The notes: generated by a model not told the origin, from the letters alone. A stretch of 64,000 bases of DNA from an uncultured delta proteobacterium (GCA_963713045.1 CAVQKE010000005.1:192001-256000), one strand, 5' to 3'; positions 9,974 to 19,781 are shown, counted from the stretch's first letter. Made by a program: numbers and translations.

Positions 9974-11048
9974 TGGAGGCTGTCCTCGACCAGCATCGCA
10001 TCACCGTAGGAAAAGAAGCGGTACCCGGCCTCCACGGCCAGGCCATAGGCGGCCAACACCTTTTCCCGCCCTGCGAAAGCGCACACCAGCATGAGAAGTG
10101 TCGAGCGCGGCAGATGGAAGTTCGTCAACAACGCATCCACCACCCGGAAGCTGGCTCCGGGCCTCAGGAAGAGGGCGGTCTGGCCGACTCCGACCCGCAA
10201 GCGCCCCGTCTCCTCCACCGCGGACTCGAGCGTGCGCACCACCGTTGTCCCGACGGCCACCACCCGCCTCCCCTCTTCCCGCGCAGTTTGAATGCGCGTT
10301 GCCGCCTCCGCTGAGAGGTGGAAGCGCTCCGGGTGCATCCGGTGCTGTGCCTCATCCTCGCTGCGCACCGGAAGGAAGGTGCCTGGGCCAATTTCGAGAG
10401 TCACCGAAGTGATGGTAATGCCCCGCGCCGCCAGTCGTTCCAGCAGCCGCGGCGTGAGGTGGAGCCCGGCGGTGGGCGCGGCCACGCTTCCCGGTACCCG
10501 GGCGTAGACAGTTTGGTAGCGCGCCTCGTCCTCCGGGGTGGGCGCGCGATGAATGTAGGGAGGCAAGGGGAGGCGGCCCGCGCTGGCCAGACGCTCGCCC
10601 AAGGTGCCTTCCCCAGAAAAGACGACGCGCCACCGGCCCTCACCCAGCGCCGCCTGCACCTGAGCCTGGAGGCCGCCGAGAAACTCGACCAGCGTGCCCG
10701 GCCTGAGGCCCTTGCTGGACTGGCCAAGACAAACCCAAGCCTGGCCACTGGCGGGCTCGACCAGCGCGCTTCCACCGCGGTCCCGGCCGCCGGGTGCACC
10801 AGCAGCAATTCGGCCCGCCCACCCGTTGGGCGCTTGTGCCCCACAAGCCGCGCCGGTACCACCCGCGTGTCGTTGAGGACCAGCAGGTCCCCGCGGCGGA
10901 GGAGGTCCGGCAACTCGGCGTAGCGGTGGTGGGAAACAGCCCCGCCGCGCCTGTCCAGCACCAGCAGCCGCGAGGCGTCGCGCTCGGCCAGCGGCGCCTG
11001 GGCGATGGCCTCGGCCGGCAGGCGGTAGTCGTAGTCGGAGAGGGCCAC
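9970..11048 (-). pseudogene. queA: S-adenosylmethionine:tRNA ribosyltransferase-isomerase with a 1-bp deletion near 10768 (real lesion or sequencing error)
   Basis: N-part (SDYDYRLP, IAQAP, SRLLVL, LNDTRV) and C-part (PLPPYI, YQTVYA, AAPTAGLH, VGTT, TNFHLP, YRFFSYGD) are in different frames; adding 1 nt gives 360 codons. Confidence 0.9.
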
Positions 11049-11082
11049 GGGAGCCGGGCCGCTTTTACTCCAGCCCAGCCTA

Positions 11083-12267
11083 GTATTCCGGAACCGAGAT
11101 ACGCGGTGAAAGTCGTGAGGGGTGTGATCTACTCGCGCGAATGGCTGGAACCGGAGAGACCGAAGGCTGAGCTGGTGGTGAGCGCTGAAGAGCGCGGTGT
11201 GCGTGGAGCGATTTGCCAATCGAAGTCGGGCGAATCGAGATCTTGCGTTCCGTGCCCGCATCGTGCTGCGAAGCCTCGAGGGTCTGACGAACTCGGAGGT
11301 TGCTCGGTAGCTCCGCTGCACTGGGGCGACGGTCGGCAAATGGCGGAAGCGCTTCATCGAGCTCCGGCTGGACGGTCTTCACGACGAGCCTCGGCCGGGC
11401 GTAGAGCGCACAATCACCGACGACCAGGTCGAGAGCGTCGTTGTCCGCACTCTTGAGACGAAGCCAAAGGGCGGCACTCACTGGAGCACGCGTTCGCTGG
11501 CGAAACAGATTGGTCTCAGCCACAGCAGCATCGGCCGGATTTGGCGCACTTTCGGGCTGCAGCCCCACCGGACGAAGACGTTTCGCCTCTCGGAAGACCC
11601 TTATCTCGTCGAGAAAGTGCGCGACATCGTTGGCCTGTACCTGTCGCCGCCCGACAATGCGGCCGTCTTTTCGGTGGATGAGAAGTCGCAGATTCAAGCT
11701 CTCGCCCGGGCGACTCCGGTGCTCCCGATGGACGTGGGAATGCCGGAGCGACGGACTCACAACTACATCCGTCACGGCACAACAGATCTCTTTGCAGCGC
11801 TCGATGTTGCGACCGGACAAGTACTTGGGCGCTGTTTCAATCGTCACCGGGCCCTCGAGTTCGTGAAGTTTCTCAAGGACATCGACGCGGGTGTTCAGCC
11901 CTCGCTGGACGTCCACGTCATCCTCGACAATCTCTCCACGCACAAGACGCCCGCGGTGATGCGCTGGCTCGTCCGCCACCCTCGGTTTCATCTGCACTTC
12001 ACGCCGACCCACGGCTCCTGGATCAACATGGTGGAGCGTTTCTTCGGCTTGCTGACGCAGCAAGCGCTCCAGCGCGGCTCTCACTGCAGCGTTCCCGAGT
12101 TAAAAGCAGCCATCACTGCCTTCATCGACGCGCACAATGAGGCACCGAAGCCATTCCGCTGGACGAAGACTGCTGACGACATCCTCGATTCCATGCGTCG
12201 CTTCGCGACGCGCACCCTCCAAGCTCATGCCATGTGACTTTTTCAACTATTCACGGATCCGGGGTAC
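11083..12267 (+). mobile_element. IS630-family insertion sequence (degenerate)
   Basis: Imperfect terminal inverted repeats CTAGTATTCCGGAACCGAGA vs (reverse complement) CTAGTACCCCGGATCCGTGA; TA duplicated within CTAG (11081-82, 12268-69). Confidence 0.9.
11141..12237 (+). pseudogene. IS630-family transposase with two apparent +1 insertions (~11156, ~11203) and an in-frame TAG (11308-11310)
   Basis: Reconstructs to MAGTGRPKAELVVS...RARIVL...KWRKRF...DEPRPG...THWSTR; DDE motifs VDEKSQIQ, ILDNLSTHK, WINMVERFF intact; 1097-2 nt = 365 codons. Confidence 0.88.
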
Positions 12268-12312
12268 TAGGTGCCCCTGCCGGAAGTCCGCACCGCCCGC
12301 CGGTTAGCCCGG

Positions 12313-12693
12313 TTAGCCCTTGGCCTCGTGCCGCATGAAGATGCCGGCCCAGGTCAGTGCGCCGCCCAACAGCGAGGTGTCCTTCAAGAAATTGATGGTT
12401 TCCAGCTGCTTGAGGACGGGGTCCGGGTTCCCCATCCCCGGGGCGTGCACAAAAACGATGTAGATGGCCAGCAGCAGGGCGATGCCCAGGGCCGCCCAGT
12501 ACCCTTGGATTTTCGTGATGAGACCGATGGAACCGGCCAGCATCGCGACGCCGGTGAAGTACACCCAAAAGATGCCGCCCGGGATGGGCACATAGGCCGC
12601 CATCTGCCGGCCATTCAGCAGGTGAAAGACGCCAAAAATCCCATAGGGCAACGCAAACAGGATGCGCGCCACCACCGTCGTCAAGGCTTTCAT
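12313..12693 (-). CDS. DoxX-like small membrane protein
   Basis: ARILFALP, GVFHL, four hydrophobic segments, FLKDTSLLGGAL; GGAGG RBS. Confidence 0.8.
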   Translation of the reverse strand: MKALTTVVARILFALPYGIFGVFHLLNGRQMAAYVPIPGGIFWVYFTGVAMLAGSIGLITKIQGYWAALGIALLLAIYIVFVHAPGMGNPDPVLKQLETINFLKDTSLLGGALTWAGIFMRHEAKG

Positions 12694-12776
12694 GAAACCC
12701 CCTCCAGGGTCAGCCACCCAAAGTCTGCCTGGCACTCTCCTCCGACGGCCCGGCCTCGGTCCACTCGCTGGGGCCT

Positions 12777-13871
12777 TCAGTACAGCGTCTGCAGCTCGGT
12801 GCCAGGGTAGTAGTACAGAAGAATCGCCCGGTAGCCTTTGCCCGCATCGGCCATCAGCTTGGCCCCCCACTGACAAAGCCCCGCGCCATGGCCAAACCCG
12901 CGGCCCACCAAGCGCACGCCGCCCCGTCCATCGGGCGTCACCTCGAAGAGGAGCGAGCGGACGCGCTCGTACCCAAGCCGCTGGCGAAACTCGACACCCT
13001 CGAGAACGCGGCTACCCAGCTGCAGCTTCCGGACACGGCCGGTGGACGTCCGTGCCAGGACGCGCAACTCGCCGTGCGCTTCGCCGCCAAGGGCTTGCTC
13101 CAACTCTTGAGCGCTCAGCGTCGTCGACCACTGCGTCCCGGGGTGCTTTCCGCACGGGCAGGGGACGGACTGTAGGTAGGGCAAGTCCCGCTGCAGGGCG
13201 GCGAGCCCGGTCTCGGTTTGGCCGCCGCACGAAGAGTGGAAATACGCCTCGATGGGCGCCAACTCGAAGGTGAGCACCTGGCCCCGGGTGCTGTCCGTCG
13301 CCTCGCGCGTCTTGGGCGTCTCCCGCTCCAGGCCCCCATACACTTGAGCCAACACGCTGCTGCCGAGGTGGAAGGGCTCGTCGAGTGTCTCGAGCTTCTT
13401 GTTCAGCGCATAGGTGCGCGCCGCCACCGCCTGTGCCCGGAGCGCCTCCAGCGGAAACGACGGCGGCATCTCCCCCCCCAGGACAGCCACCACGTAGTCC
13501 TCCAGGGGAAGCACGTTCACCAGCAACAGGTGTCCTCGCTCCACCAGCGCCACGACGTCCCCACGCACCCCGGTGCTGCCGACGCGGATGGGCTCGTCCC
13601 CCGTCCCGCGCTCCGTTTCTCCGGCGCGAAAGCGCACCGCCAGGGGCTCGGCCAGAATGCCATTCACTTCAAGCCGACCCTTGACGAGGCGAATGCGGGC
13701 CTCGCCAGCGCGAAGCGGCGTGAAGGGGCCGTCCTCCGTGTCCGGCCCGGCGGCGAGGTTGCGGCCCTTCAGCGTCACCGGGCCACTGCGCTCGCCGATG
13801 GCAATGCGCACCGTCTCGGCGCCATGCCCGATGCCAGGAAGGACCAGAAGCAACAACAGTGGGGTGCGCAT
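12777..13871 (-). CDS. SpoIID/LytB domain protein (lytic transglycosylase-like)
   Basis: Signal peptide; LEDYV-VL-GEM, EALRAQAVAARTYA, QVYGG, FHSSCGG, GRGFGHGAGLCQWGA, ILLYYYPG. Confidence 0.92.
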   Translation of the reverse strand: MRTPLLLLLVLPGIGHGAETVRIAIGERSGPVTLKGRNLAAGPDTEDGPFTPLRAGEARIRLVKGRLEVNGILAEPLAVRFRAGETERGTGDEPIRVGSTGVRGDVVALVERGHLLLVNVLPLEDYVVAVLGGEMPPSFPLEALRAQAVAARTYALNKKLETLDEPFHLGSSVLAQVYGGLERETPKTREATDSTRGQVLTFELAPIEAYFHSSCGGQTETGLAALQRDLPYLQSVPCPCGKHPGTQWSTTLSAQELEQALGGEAHGELRVLARTSTGRVRKLQLGSRVLEGVEFRQRLGYERVRSLLFEVTPDGRGGVRLVGRGFGHGAGLCQWGAKLMADAGKGYRAILLYYYPGTELQTLY

Positions 13872-13954
13872 CGGGCGAGGAGACCCAACTCTGCCCTGGC
13901 GGCCCTGCTGCGGCGAGGAAACCTCCGGCCGGCGCGTGCCCAGTCGCTTGCTCC

Positions 13955-14749
13955 TCAGCCGCCCGACACCAGGTGCCCCAGCCCACCCAGGGACCAGCCA
14001 CCGTCACACACCAACACGGCGCCGGTGATGAAGGCGGCGGCCGGCGTGCAGAGGAAGAGCACGGCCTCCGCGACGTCCTCCACTGTCCCCAGTCTGCCGA
14101 GAGGGACCGTCCGGACGATGCGGGCAGTGCCTTCCGCCTCTCCAGCCAGCCGCGCCATGCCTTCTGTCCCGGCGATGGGCCCGGGGGTAATGCTGTTGAC
14201 CCGCACCCCTGCCCCTCCCCACTCCATGGCCAGCACTCGGGTCAGCATGTCCACGCCGGCCTTGGCGGCACAGACGTGGGCCTGCAAGGGCGCCGGGGCG
14301 TAGGCCTGCGGCGCCGAGACATTCACCACCGCTGCGCCCGGCTGTCTCAGGTGTTCGAAGGCGGCACGACAGCTGTTGAAGGTGCCCACCAAGTCAATGT
14401 CGACCACCGCTCGAAAGCCGTTGCTGGACATGCCCACCACCGGGGCAGGGAAGTTGCCGGCAGCCCCATTGACGAGAATGTCCAAGGGGCCAAACCGCTG
14501 AACCGCCTCGCGAAGGGCGCGCTCCAACGCCGGATACTCACGGACGTCGGCCTGGTGAAATGCCGCCCGGGCGCCCAGCGCTTCCAGCGCCTCCAGCGCG
14601 CGCTGGCCGCGCTCGGGGTTGCGCCCCAGCAGCGAGAGTCGGGCTCCGGCCTGCGCCAGTCTTCGGGCGATGCCGAGGTTGATGCCACTGGTGCCCCCGG
14701 TGACGAAGGCATGTTGGCCGGCCAGAAGCCCCTCTTGGAAGACGTTCAT
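13955..14749 (-). CDS. SDR oxidoreductase, 2,4-dienoyl-CoA reductase-like
   Basis: TGGTSGINLGIA, NGAAGNF, VDIDLVGTFN, QAHVCAAKAGVD, ITPGPI; ATGA overlap with the upstream kamA-like stop. Confidence 0.85.
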   Translation of the reverse strand: MNVFQEGLLAGQHAFVTGGTSGINLGIARRLAQAGARLSLLGRNPERGQRALEALEALGARAAFHQADVREYPALERALREAVQRFGPLDILVNGAAGNFPAPVVGMSSNGFRAVVDIDLVGTFNSCRAAFEHLRQPGAAVVNVSAPQAYAPAPLQAHVCAAKAGVDMLTRVLAMEWGGAGVRVNSITPGPIAGTEGMARLAGEAEGTARIVRTVPLGRLGTVEDVAEAVLFLCTPAAAFITGAVLVCDGGWSLGGLGHLVSGG

Positions 14750-15921
14750 GTCTGCCGCCGCTGCCACACTTCGTCGTAGGGACAGCTGGTGTCCGTCTCG
14801 GCAGGCTCCGGGTAACGGTACGTCTCCCCCTTGTAGTTGCGGAACAGCGTCTCCGTCTCCCCGCGCTCCACCACGTACTCGGGCTGCAGCGTCACTTTGC
14901 CCCCACCGCCGGGCAAATCCACCGCCAGGTGGGGAACGGCCAAGCCGGAGGTGTGGCCGCGGAGGGCCTCGAGAATTGCAACCCCCGTCGCCAGCGGCGT
15001 CCGGAGATGCTCGCACCCTTGCGCCACATCCATCTGGTGCAGGTAGTAGGGGCGCACCCGCGAACGCAACAGGGCGTGGTTGAGCTCTCGAATAAGATGA
15101 GCCTCGGAGTTGACTCGGCGGAGCAGCACCGTTTGGTTTTCCACCGGCACTCCGTGGTCCACCAGCAGCTCGCAGGCGCCGCGGGCCTCGGCCGTCACTT
15201 CCTTCGGGTGGTTGAAATGCGTCACGACGAAGAGAGGCGCGTAGCGGCGCAGAAGGCGCGCCAGGGCCTCGGTGACCCGCATCGGCAGACATACCGGCAC
15301 CCGGGTGCCGATGCGCAACATCTCGACATGCGGGATGGCTCGAAGGGGCTCGAGCAACTCCTCCAGTCGCGCCTCGGAAAGCAACAGCGGGTCGCCACCA
15401 GAAATGAGGACGTCCCGCACCTCGGGGTGCGCCCGGACGTAGTCAATTCCGCGCTGCAATTCTGTCCGGCTGAGTTCGGCCTCGCCGCCCTTGGTAATTC
15501 GACGCCGGGTGCAGTGTCGGCAGTAGGTGGAGCAACTGTCGAGCGCGAGCAACAGGACGCGGTCCGGGTAGCGGTGAATGATGGAGTGAACGGGGCGCGT
15601 CAGGTCTTCTCCGAGCGGATCCTCCAACTCCCCCGGCCGGAGGTGTGCCTCGGCCTGGACGGGAATGGCCTGCATCCGGACCGGGCAGAAGGGGTGCTGG
15701 CGGTCGATGAGTGAGAGGTAATAGGGGGAGATGGCCAGCCGAAACAGAGCGGCCGTGTCGCGGCAGCCAGCGCGCTCGGCCTCAGTCAGGCTCAGATGTC
15801 GCTCCAGCTCGGCGAGGCTGCGCACGGCATGGCGCATCTGCCAGCGCCAGTCATTCCATTGGTGCCGGTCCGCGTCCGGGTACTGGAGGCGCCAGGGTTC
15901 AGGCGCTGCCGAAGGAGGCAT
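14746..15921 (-). CDS. KamA-family radical SAM protein (lysine 2,3-aminomutase-like), copy 1
   Basis: WNDWRWQ, HRYPDRVL, CSTYCRHCTRRR, SGGDPL, RIGTR, HFNHP, PYYLHQMD, DLPGGGGK. Confidence 0.92.
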   Translation of the reverse strand: MPPSAAPEPWRLQYPDADRHQWNDWRWQMRHAVRSLAELERHLSLTEAERAGCRDTAALFRLAISPYYLSLIDRQHPFCPVRMQAIPVQAEAHLRPGELEDPLGEDLTRPVHSIIHRYPDRVLLLALDSCSTYCRHCTRRRITKGGEAELSRTELQRGIDYVRAHPEVRDVLISGGDPLLLSEARLEELLEPLRAIPHVEMLRIGTRVPVCLPMRVTEALARLLRRYAPLFVVTHFNHPKEVTAEARGACELLVDHGVPVENQTVLLRRVNSEAHLIRELNHALLRSRVRPYYLHQMDVAQGCEHLRTPLATGVAILEALRGHTSGLAVPHLAVDLPGGGGKVTLQPEYVVERGETETLFRNYKGETYRYPEPAETDTSCPYDEVWQRRQT

Positions 15922-15929
15922 CTCGAGGC

Positions 15930-17357
15930 TCAGGAGGCCGCCACCTGCTCACGCCACCACGCTTGTCCAGCCTCGGGAAGGGCGTAGATGGGGTCGTAAT
16001 ATTCGTAGCGGCGGGAGAGGGCCGTGGCGTCCTCCAATTCCAGTCCGGTCCGGTAATTCTTCGTCCAGTAGCTGATGCCCCGGTCGCGGTCGTACTCAGC
16101 CACTTGGTGGACCCATCGCTTACCGACGAAGGGCACGTCGCAAACAATCCGTGGCGTCGCAAAACCGGGCAGGTAGCCCATGATGTCGTGCTGCAGCTTC
16201 TGCGCCTCGGCGACCGAGACGCGCCAGTGCTCCGAATTGGGAATCATGTCGCACATGTAGAAGTAGTACGGGAGGATGTGTGCTCGGTCCTGCAGCGTGA
16301 AACACAACTCGAGCAAGTCCTTGGCGGTGGCATTCACCCCGCGCAGCAGGACGCCTTGGTTGCGAATATCGCGGAAGCCCATTGCCAGGAGCGCGTCGGC
16401 CGCTCGGGTGACCAGGGGCGTCAGCTGGCGTGCATTGTTGACGTGGGTGTGCAACGCAAGTTGGACGCCTTGGGCCCGAGCCTTCTTGGCGAGCCGTTCC
16501 AGCCCGGCCAGCACAGAGTCTTGAAGGAAGTGCTGGGGGATGCCCATGAAGCCCTTGGTGGCCAGCCGGATGTCACGGATGTTGGGAATGTCCAGGAGGG
16601 CAGAGACGAAGGCCTCCAGCGTTCCAATGGGCAGGTTGGCGACGTCGCCGCCGGACACCACCACGTCACGGACACCCGGCGTCCGGCGCAAGTAGTCCAA
16701 AATCTGCTCGTACCGCGTCTGCTGGGGCTGGACGAAGCGCTTCTTGTCCACTTGGGGCACGTCGTTGCCGACGAGGTCCATCCGCGTGCAGTGGCCGCAG
16801 TACTGCGGACAGGTGGACAGCACTTCGGCCAGCACTTTGGTTGGGTAGCGGTGGGTCAGCCCCTCCACCACCCACATCTCCGCTTCATGCAGGCTGTCAC
16901 GGCTGGCCCGCGGATGGTTGGGCCAGTCGGTGCGGCGGTCGGCGAGCGCCGGCAGCATGTAGCGCCGCACCGGGTCGGCCCAGAGGTCATCCAAGTTCAT
17001 CGTATTCACCATCTGGGGCGTCACCAGGATGGACATGGTGGCGCGTTCGCGCTGGTCGCGGTCGATGCTCTCCGCCAGGTCGTCCGGGAAGAGGTCCCCC
17101 AGCGCAGCCTTCACTTCCTTCAAATTCTTCAGGGTGTGCTTGCGCTGCCAGAGCGCGCTTTCCCAGTCGGCCCGGCTGGCGCTCCGAAAACCGGGAATGC
17201 GCCTCCAGTCCGGCTCCTCGAAAGGGCGCTCGAGCGGATACCGAAATGGCTGAGGGGCACCAAAAGACGCCTCGGTTGCCGCCTTGGTTTCGGGCCGCGG
17301 CACCGAAAGTGGCGTCGCGGCGAAAGCAGCAGGCTCGAGGGCAGGCTTCGGGTCCAT
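15930..17357 (-). CDS. KamA-family radical SAM protein, divergent copy 2
   Basis: HRYPTKVL, CPQYCGHCTRM, VSGGD, NQGVLLRGVN, PYYFYMCD, DVPFVGK; start 17357 or 17399. Confidence 0.88.
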   Translation of the reverse strand: MDPKPALEPAAFAATPLSVPRPETKAATEASFGAPQPFRYPLERPFEEPDWRRIPGFRSASRADWESALWQRKHTLKNLKEVKAALGDLFPDDLAESIDRDQRERATMSILVTPQMVNTMNLDDLWADPVRRYMLPALADRRTDWPNHPRASRDSLHEAEMWVVEGLTHRYPTKVLAEVLSTCPQYCGHCTRMDLVGNDVPQVDKKRFVQPQQTRYEQILDYLRRTPGVRDVVVSGGDVANLPIGTLEAFVSALLDIPNIRDIRLATKGFMGIPQHFLQDSVLAGLERLAKKARAQGVQLALHTHVNNARQLTPLVTRAADALLAMGFRDIRNQGVLLRGVNATAKDLLELCFTLQDRAHILPYYFYMCDMIPNSEHWRVSVAEAQKLQHDIMGYLPGFATPRIVCDVPFVGKRWVHQVAEYDRDRGISYWTKNYRTGLELEDATALSRRYEYYDPIYALPEAGQAWWREQVAAS

Positions 17358-17559
17358 GCGGTGAGGGTCTCTTGGGCAGTGGTGCAGGTGCGAGGCCACC
17401 AGGCCAGCCCGCGGCTTCTATCCTACTCGCTTTCGCGCGCACACCCCCGGGCGACGTCCGCTGCGTCGACAGGGCCTGTGTCCGACGCACTGCGGCCCAA
17501 GCGCCAAGCGCCTAACTGGGCAGCGACTCGCAGCAGAAGGCTGCTTTCGCCATAGGCCG

Positions 17560-18396
17560 TCAGCGCAACCGCGCGACCTGAATGCGGAAGACTGCTTGAA
17601 ACTGGCCGCCGGGCCGCAGCAGGCGTAGGCCGCGCCCTTGGGTGAGTGCGCTGGTCGGCGCCGTCATCGGCTCAAGCGCGACATAGTCCTTGTCCCGCGG
17701 GGCAAACACCTGGGTGCAGGGGTAGCCGGAAAGCAACTGAAGTGTGATGCGGTGGTGCGGCCCCGTCACAGACAGTGCAGCCTTGTCCTTCCCGACGGTG
17801 AAGCCGTCATCAAAGGACTGCTCGCCCAGCGCCGCGTCGAAGCTGGCAAAGGGCGTCTCCGCTCCGGTTGGAATGCCCTGGCCGTCCAGCACCAGGTGAC
17901 GCATGCGCGGAAGCGTCAGTCGCCACCTGCCGCGGGGCTGCCCCGCAAGCGAAAAGTAGGGGTGAAAGCCGAAGCTGACCGGAACCGTGTCCCCGCCATT
18001 CGCTTGCACTGTCGTCTCCACCCGTAAGCCCTCCGGGTCTAGGGCCACGGCAAGCTCGACGCGGTGACGAAAGGGGAAAACCGCCAGCAGCTCCTCGCGG
18101 TTCCATTCAAGCCGGGCGCCAAGCGTGGTGGCCGTCGCCTCCGTCAACTCCCAGCTGAGGCGAGACCAGGGGACGCCGTGGATGGGCAGTCCGTGCTCGT
18201 CGAGGTGCAGCATGCTCGACGTCGGGTCCAGCACCACCTCACGGCCGGCCGTAGAAAAGCGGGTGGACGAAAGTCGGTTCGCCCACGGGTACAGCAGCGG
18301 GATGCCGGCAGTACTGCCCTTGGCCGCTGCCGACGCCAAGTCCTCGACGCGCCCAAGCAACTCCCTTCCGGCAAGCTGCAGCGAGGCACCCAACAT
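17560..18396 (-). pseudogene. Aldose 1-epimerase family protein, main 3' part of an IS-interrupted gene
   Basis: LYPWANRL, LPIHG, FGFHPYF, FDDGF, ALEPMT; joins in frame to 19706-19781 once the IS is removed (909 nt in total). Confidence 0.87.
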
Positions 18397-18424
18397 TGGA
18401 GTTGCCCCCGTGAAACCGGACAGG

Positions 18425-19249
18425 TCAGGGGTTGGACATAGCAGCACGGAATTCGGCTGGTGACAGCATCTTCAGGCCCTTGTGAGGAGCGACGCGGTTG
18501 TAGTCCGCGACCCAGGCGGGCAGCTGAGCCAGGACATGCGCGGCGCTCGGGAGCTCGTTCACATACAGGTAGTCGCGCTTAAAGGTTTTCACAAAACCCT
18601 CTGCCATCCCATTGCTTTCGGGGGAGTACGCGGGCGTCGTGCAGATGACGAGGCCAAGTCCACGGCCGAAATCGCGCGTTGCGTGAGCGGTGTAGATGGG
18701 CCCGTTGTCCGAGAGCCACTCGATGGGGTGTGGCGTCGTCCTCGTGCCCCTGCCGAAACGGGCTTCCACAGTTTCCGCCATCACGTCCTGGATGGTGAGC
18801 GCCGTTGGGTAGTCTGCGCTGGCCCGAAACGCGATGAGTTCCCGGTCGCAGCAGTCGAGGCTAAAGGCAATCTGCACCCGCTCGCCGTTCCAGCAGCGGA
18901 TTTCGAAGGTGTCGCTGCACCAGCGCAGGTCCGGCTTCAGAGTGACGACTCGGCCGTCATGGGTGCGCGTCGGTTTGCCCGTGTAGCGCGCCAGCAGCAG
19001 TCCAGCCCCCCGCATCAGCCGGTAGGCGCGCTTGTGGTTGATGGACGCCTCGCCCCTCGAGCGGCGCTCCCGGTTGAGGATGGCAGCGGCCCTGCGGTAG
19101 CCGTAGGTGCTGCGGTTGCTGGCGACTGCCTTGAGCGCCTCCAGGACGACGGCGTCTTCGGCAACGTCTGTTTCGCGGGCCAGCTTTCGCCTCCGCGGTG
19201 CCAGCAGGTTGGACCGCGAAACCTGAAGAGCTCGGGCGATGGCGCTCAC
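18425..19249 (-). CDS. IS3-family transposase OrfB (DDE integrase core)
   Basis: YGYRR, NHKR, RWCSDTFE, LDCCDRE, WLSDNG, SPESNGMAEGFVKTFKRDY. Confidence 0.93.
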   Translation of the reverse strand: MSAIARALQVSRSNLLAPRRRKLARETDVAEDAVVLEALKAVASNRSTYGYRRAAAILNRERRSRGEASINHKRAYRLMRGAGLLLARYTGKPTRTHDGRVVTLKPDLRWCSDTFEIRCWNGERVQIAFSLDCCDRELIAFRASADYPTALTIQDVMAETVEARFGRGTRTTPHPIEWLSDNGPIYTAHATRDFGRGLGLVICTTPAYSPESNGMAEGFVKTFKRDYLYVNELPSAAHVLAQLPAWVADYNRVAPHKGLKMLSPAEFRAAMSNP

Positions 19250-19647
19250 AGGATGTCCTCCAGCTTGGACAAGGCAGCGGCCGAGAGAAGTTTTTTTTCG
19301 CGGGCAATCTCAATGGCGTCCCGCAAAATCTCCGCCTCCTGCATCTTCTTCCCGAGCAGGCGCTGGAGCTCACGCACCTGCGCTTTGAGTTGCTGGACCT
19401 CCGACTGGGCCACCACCGGCTCGCCGGCCTTCAGCCCCGTCAGGCTCCCGGCATCTCGGTGCTGCCGCCAACGGAAAAGCAGGCTGGAAGCCAGCCCGTA
19501 CTTCCGTGCCACCAAGGACACGCTGCTGCCGGCCGCCTCGGCTTCCGTCAAAAGCCGCAGCTTCTCCTCGGCAGAGTACCGGCGTCGTCGCCTGGGCGGC
19601 TCATTCGCCCCGCTCGGCGGGTCCACTTCGGGGGTCTTCTTTTCCAT
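19246..19647 (-). CDS. IS3-family transposase OrfA (HTH)
   Basis: RRRYSAEEK, VSLVARKYG, LFRWR, LQRLLGKK; GTGA overlap with orfB. Confidence 0.9.
   Translation of the reverse strand: MEKKTPEVDPPSGANEPPRRRRRYSAEEKLRLLTEAEAAGSSVSLVARKYGLASSLLFRWRQHRDAGSLTGLKAGEPVVAQSEVQQLKAQVRELQRLLGKKMQEAEILRDAIEIAREKKLLSAAALSKLEDIL
19291..19298 (-). other. -1 programmed ribosomal frameshift site (A8; A AAA AAA) producing OrfAB
   Basis: GAA AAA AAA CTT near the orfA end; the -1 frame is open into orfB. Confidence 0.75.
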
Positions 19648-19705
19648 CGGTCAGACTCGCTTCCTACTTCATCGAGCCTGTCCGGTCCTTCAGGGGGCTA
19701 CATCA

Positions 19706-19781
19706 ACATCCCCTGGCCCGGAAGAAAGACGGCCGCCAGTTCGCCGGCAGTCAGTGCCTGCGTGCCGGAGGCCTGTTTCAT
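19706..19781 (-). pseudogene. Aldose 1-epimerase 5' fragment (MKQASGTQALTAGELAAVFLPGQGM)
   Basis: ATG overlaps the pgl stop (ATGA); ends at the IS target duplication. Confidence 0.85.

Larger units (their letters stand above)
18397..19705 (-). mobile_element. IS3-family (IS2-group) insertion sequence, 1309 bp, apparently intact
   Basis: Ends TGGAGTTGCCCCCGTGAAACCGGACAGG / TGATGTAGCCCCCTGAAGGACCGGACAGG; 4-bp target duplication ACAT at 18393-96 and 19706-09; orfA/orfB layout. Confidence 0.95.

Noticed and set aside
15711..17555. 614-aa plus-strand ORF and similar long antisense ORFs (2705-4003, 18482-20158, 41287-42687, 55412-56803)
   Set aside because: All lie opposite well-supported genes and have low-information R/G/A/P-rich translations
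17400..17560. Possible lysine/SAM riboswitch upstream of the kamA pair (hairpin 17462-17489)
   Set aside because: No recognisable conserved riboswitch core; only a GC hairpin. An Rfam scan would settle it
18397..18447. ORF-track start of the aldose epimerase (MLLCPTP...)
   Set aside because: These codons are IS terminal sequence; the native N-terminus is at 19781
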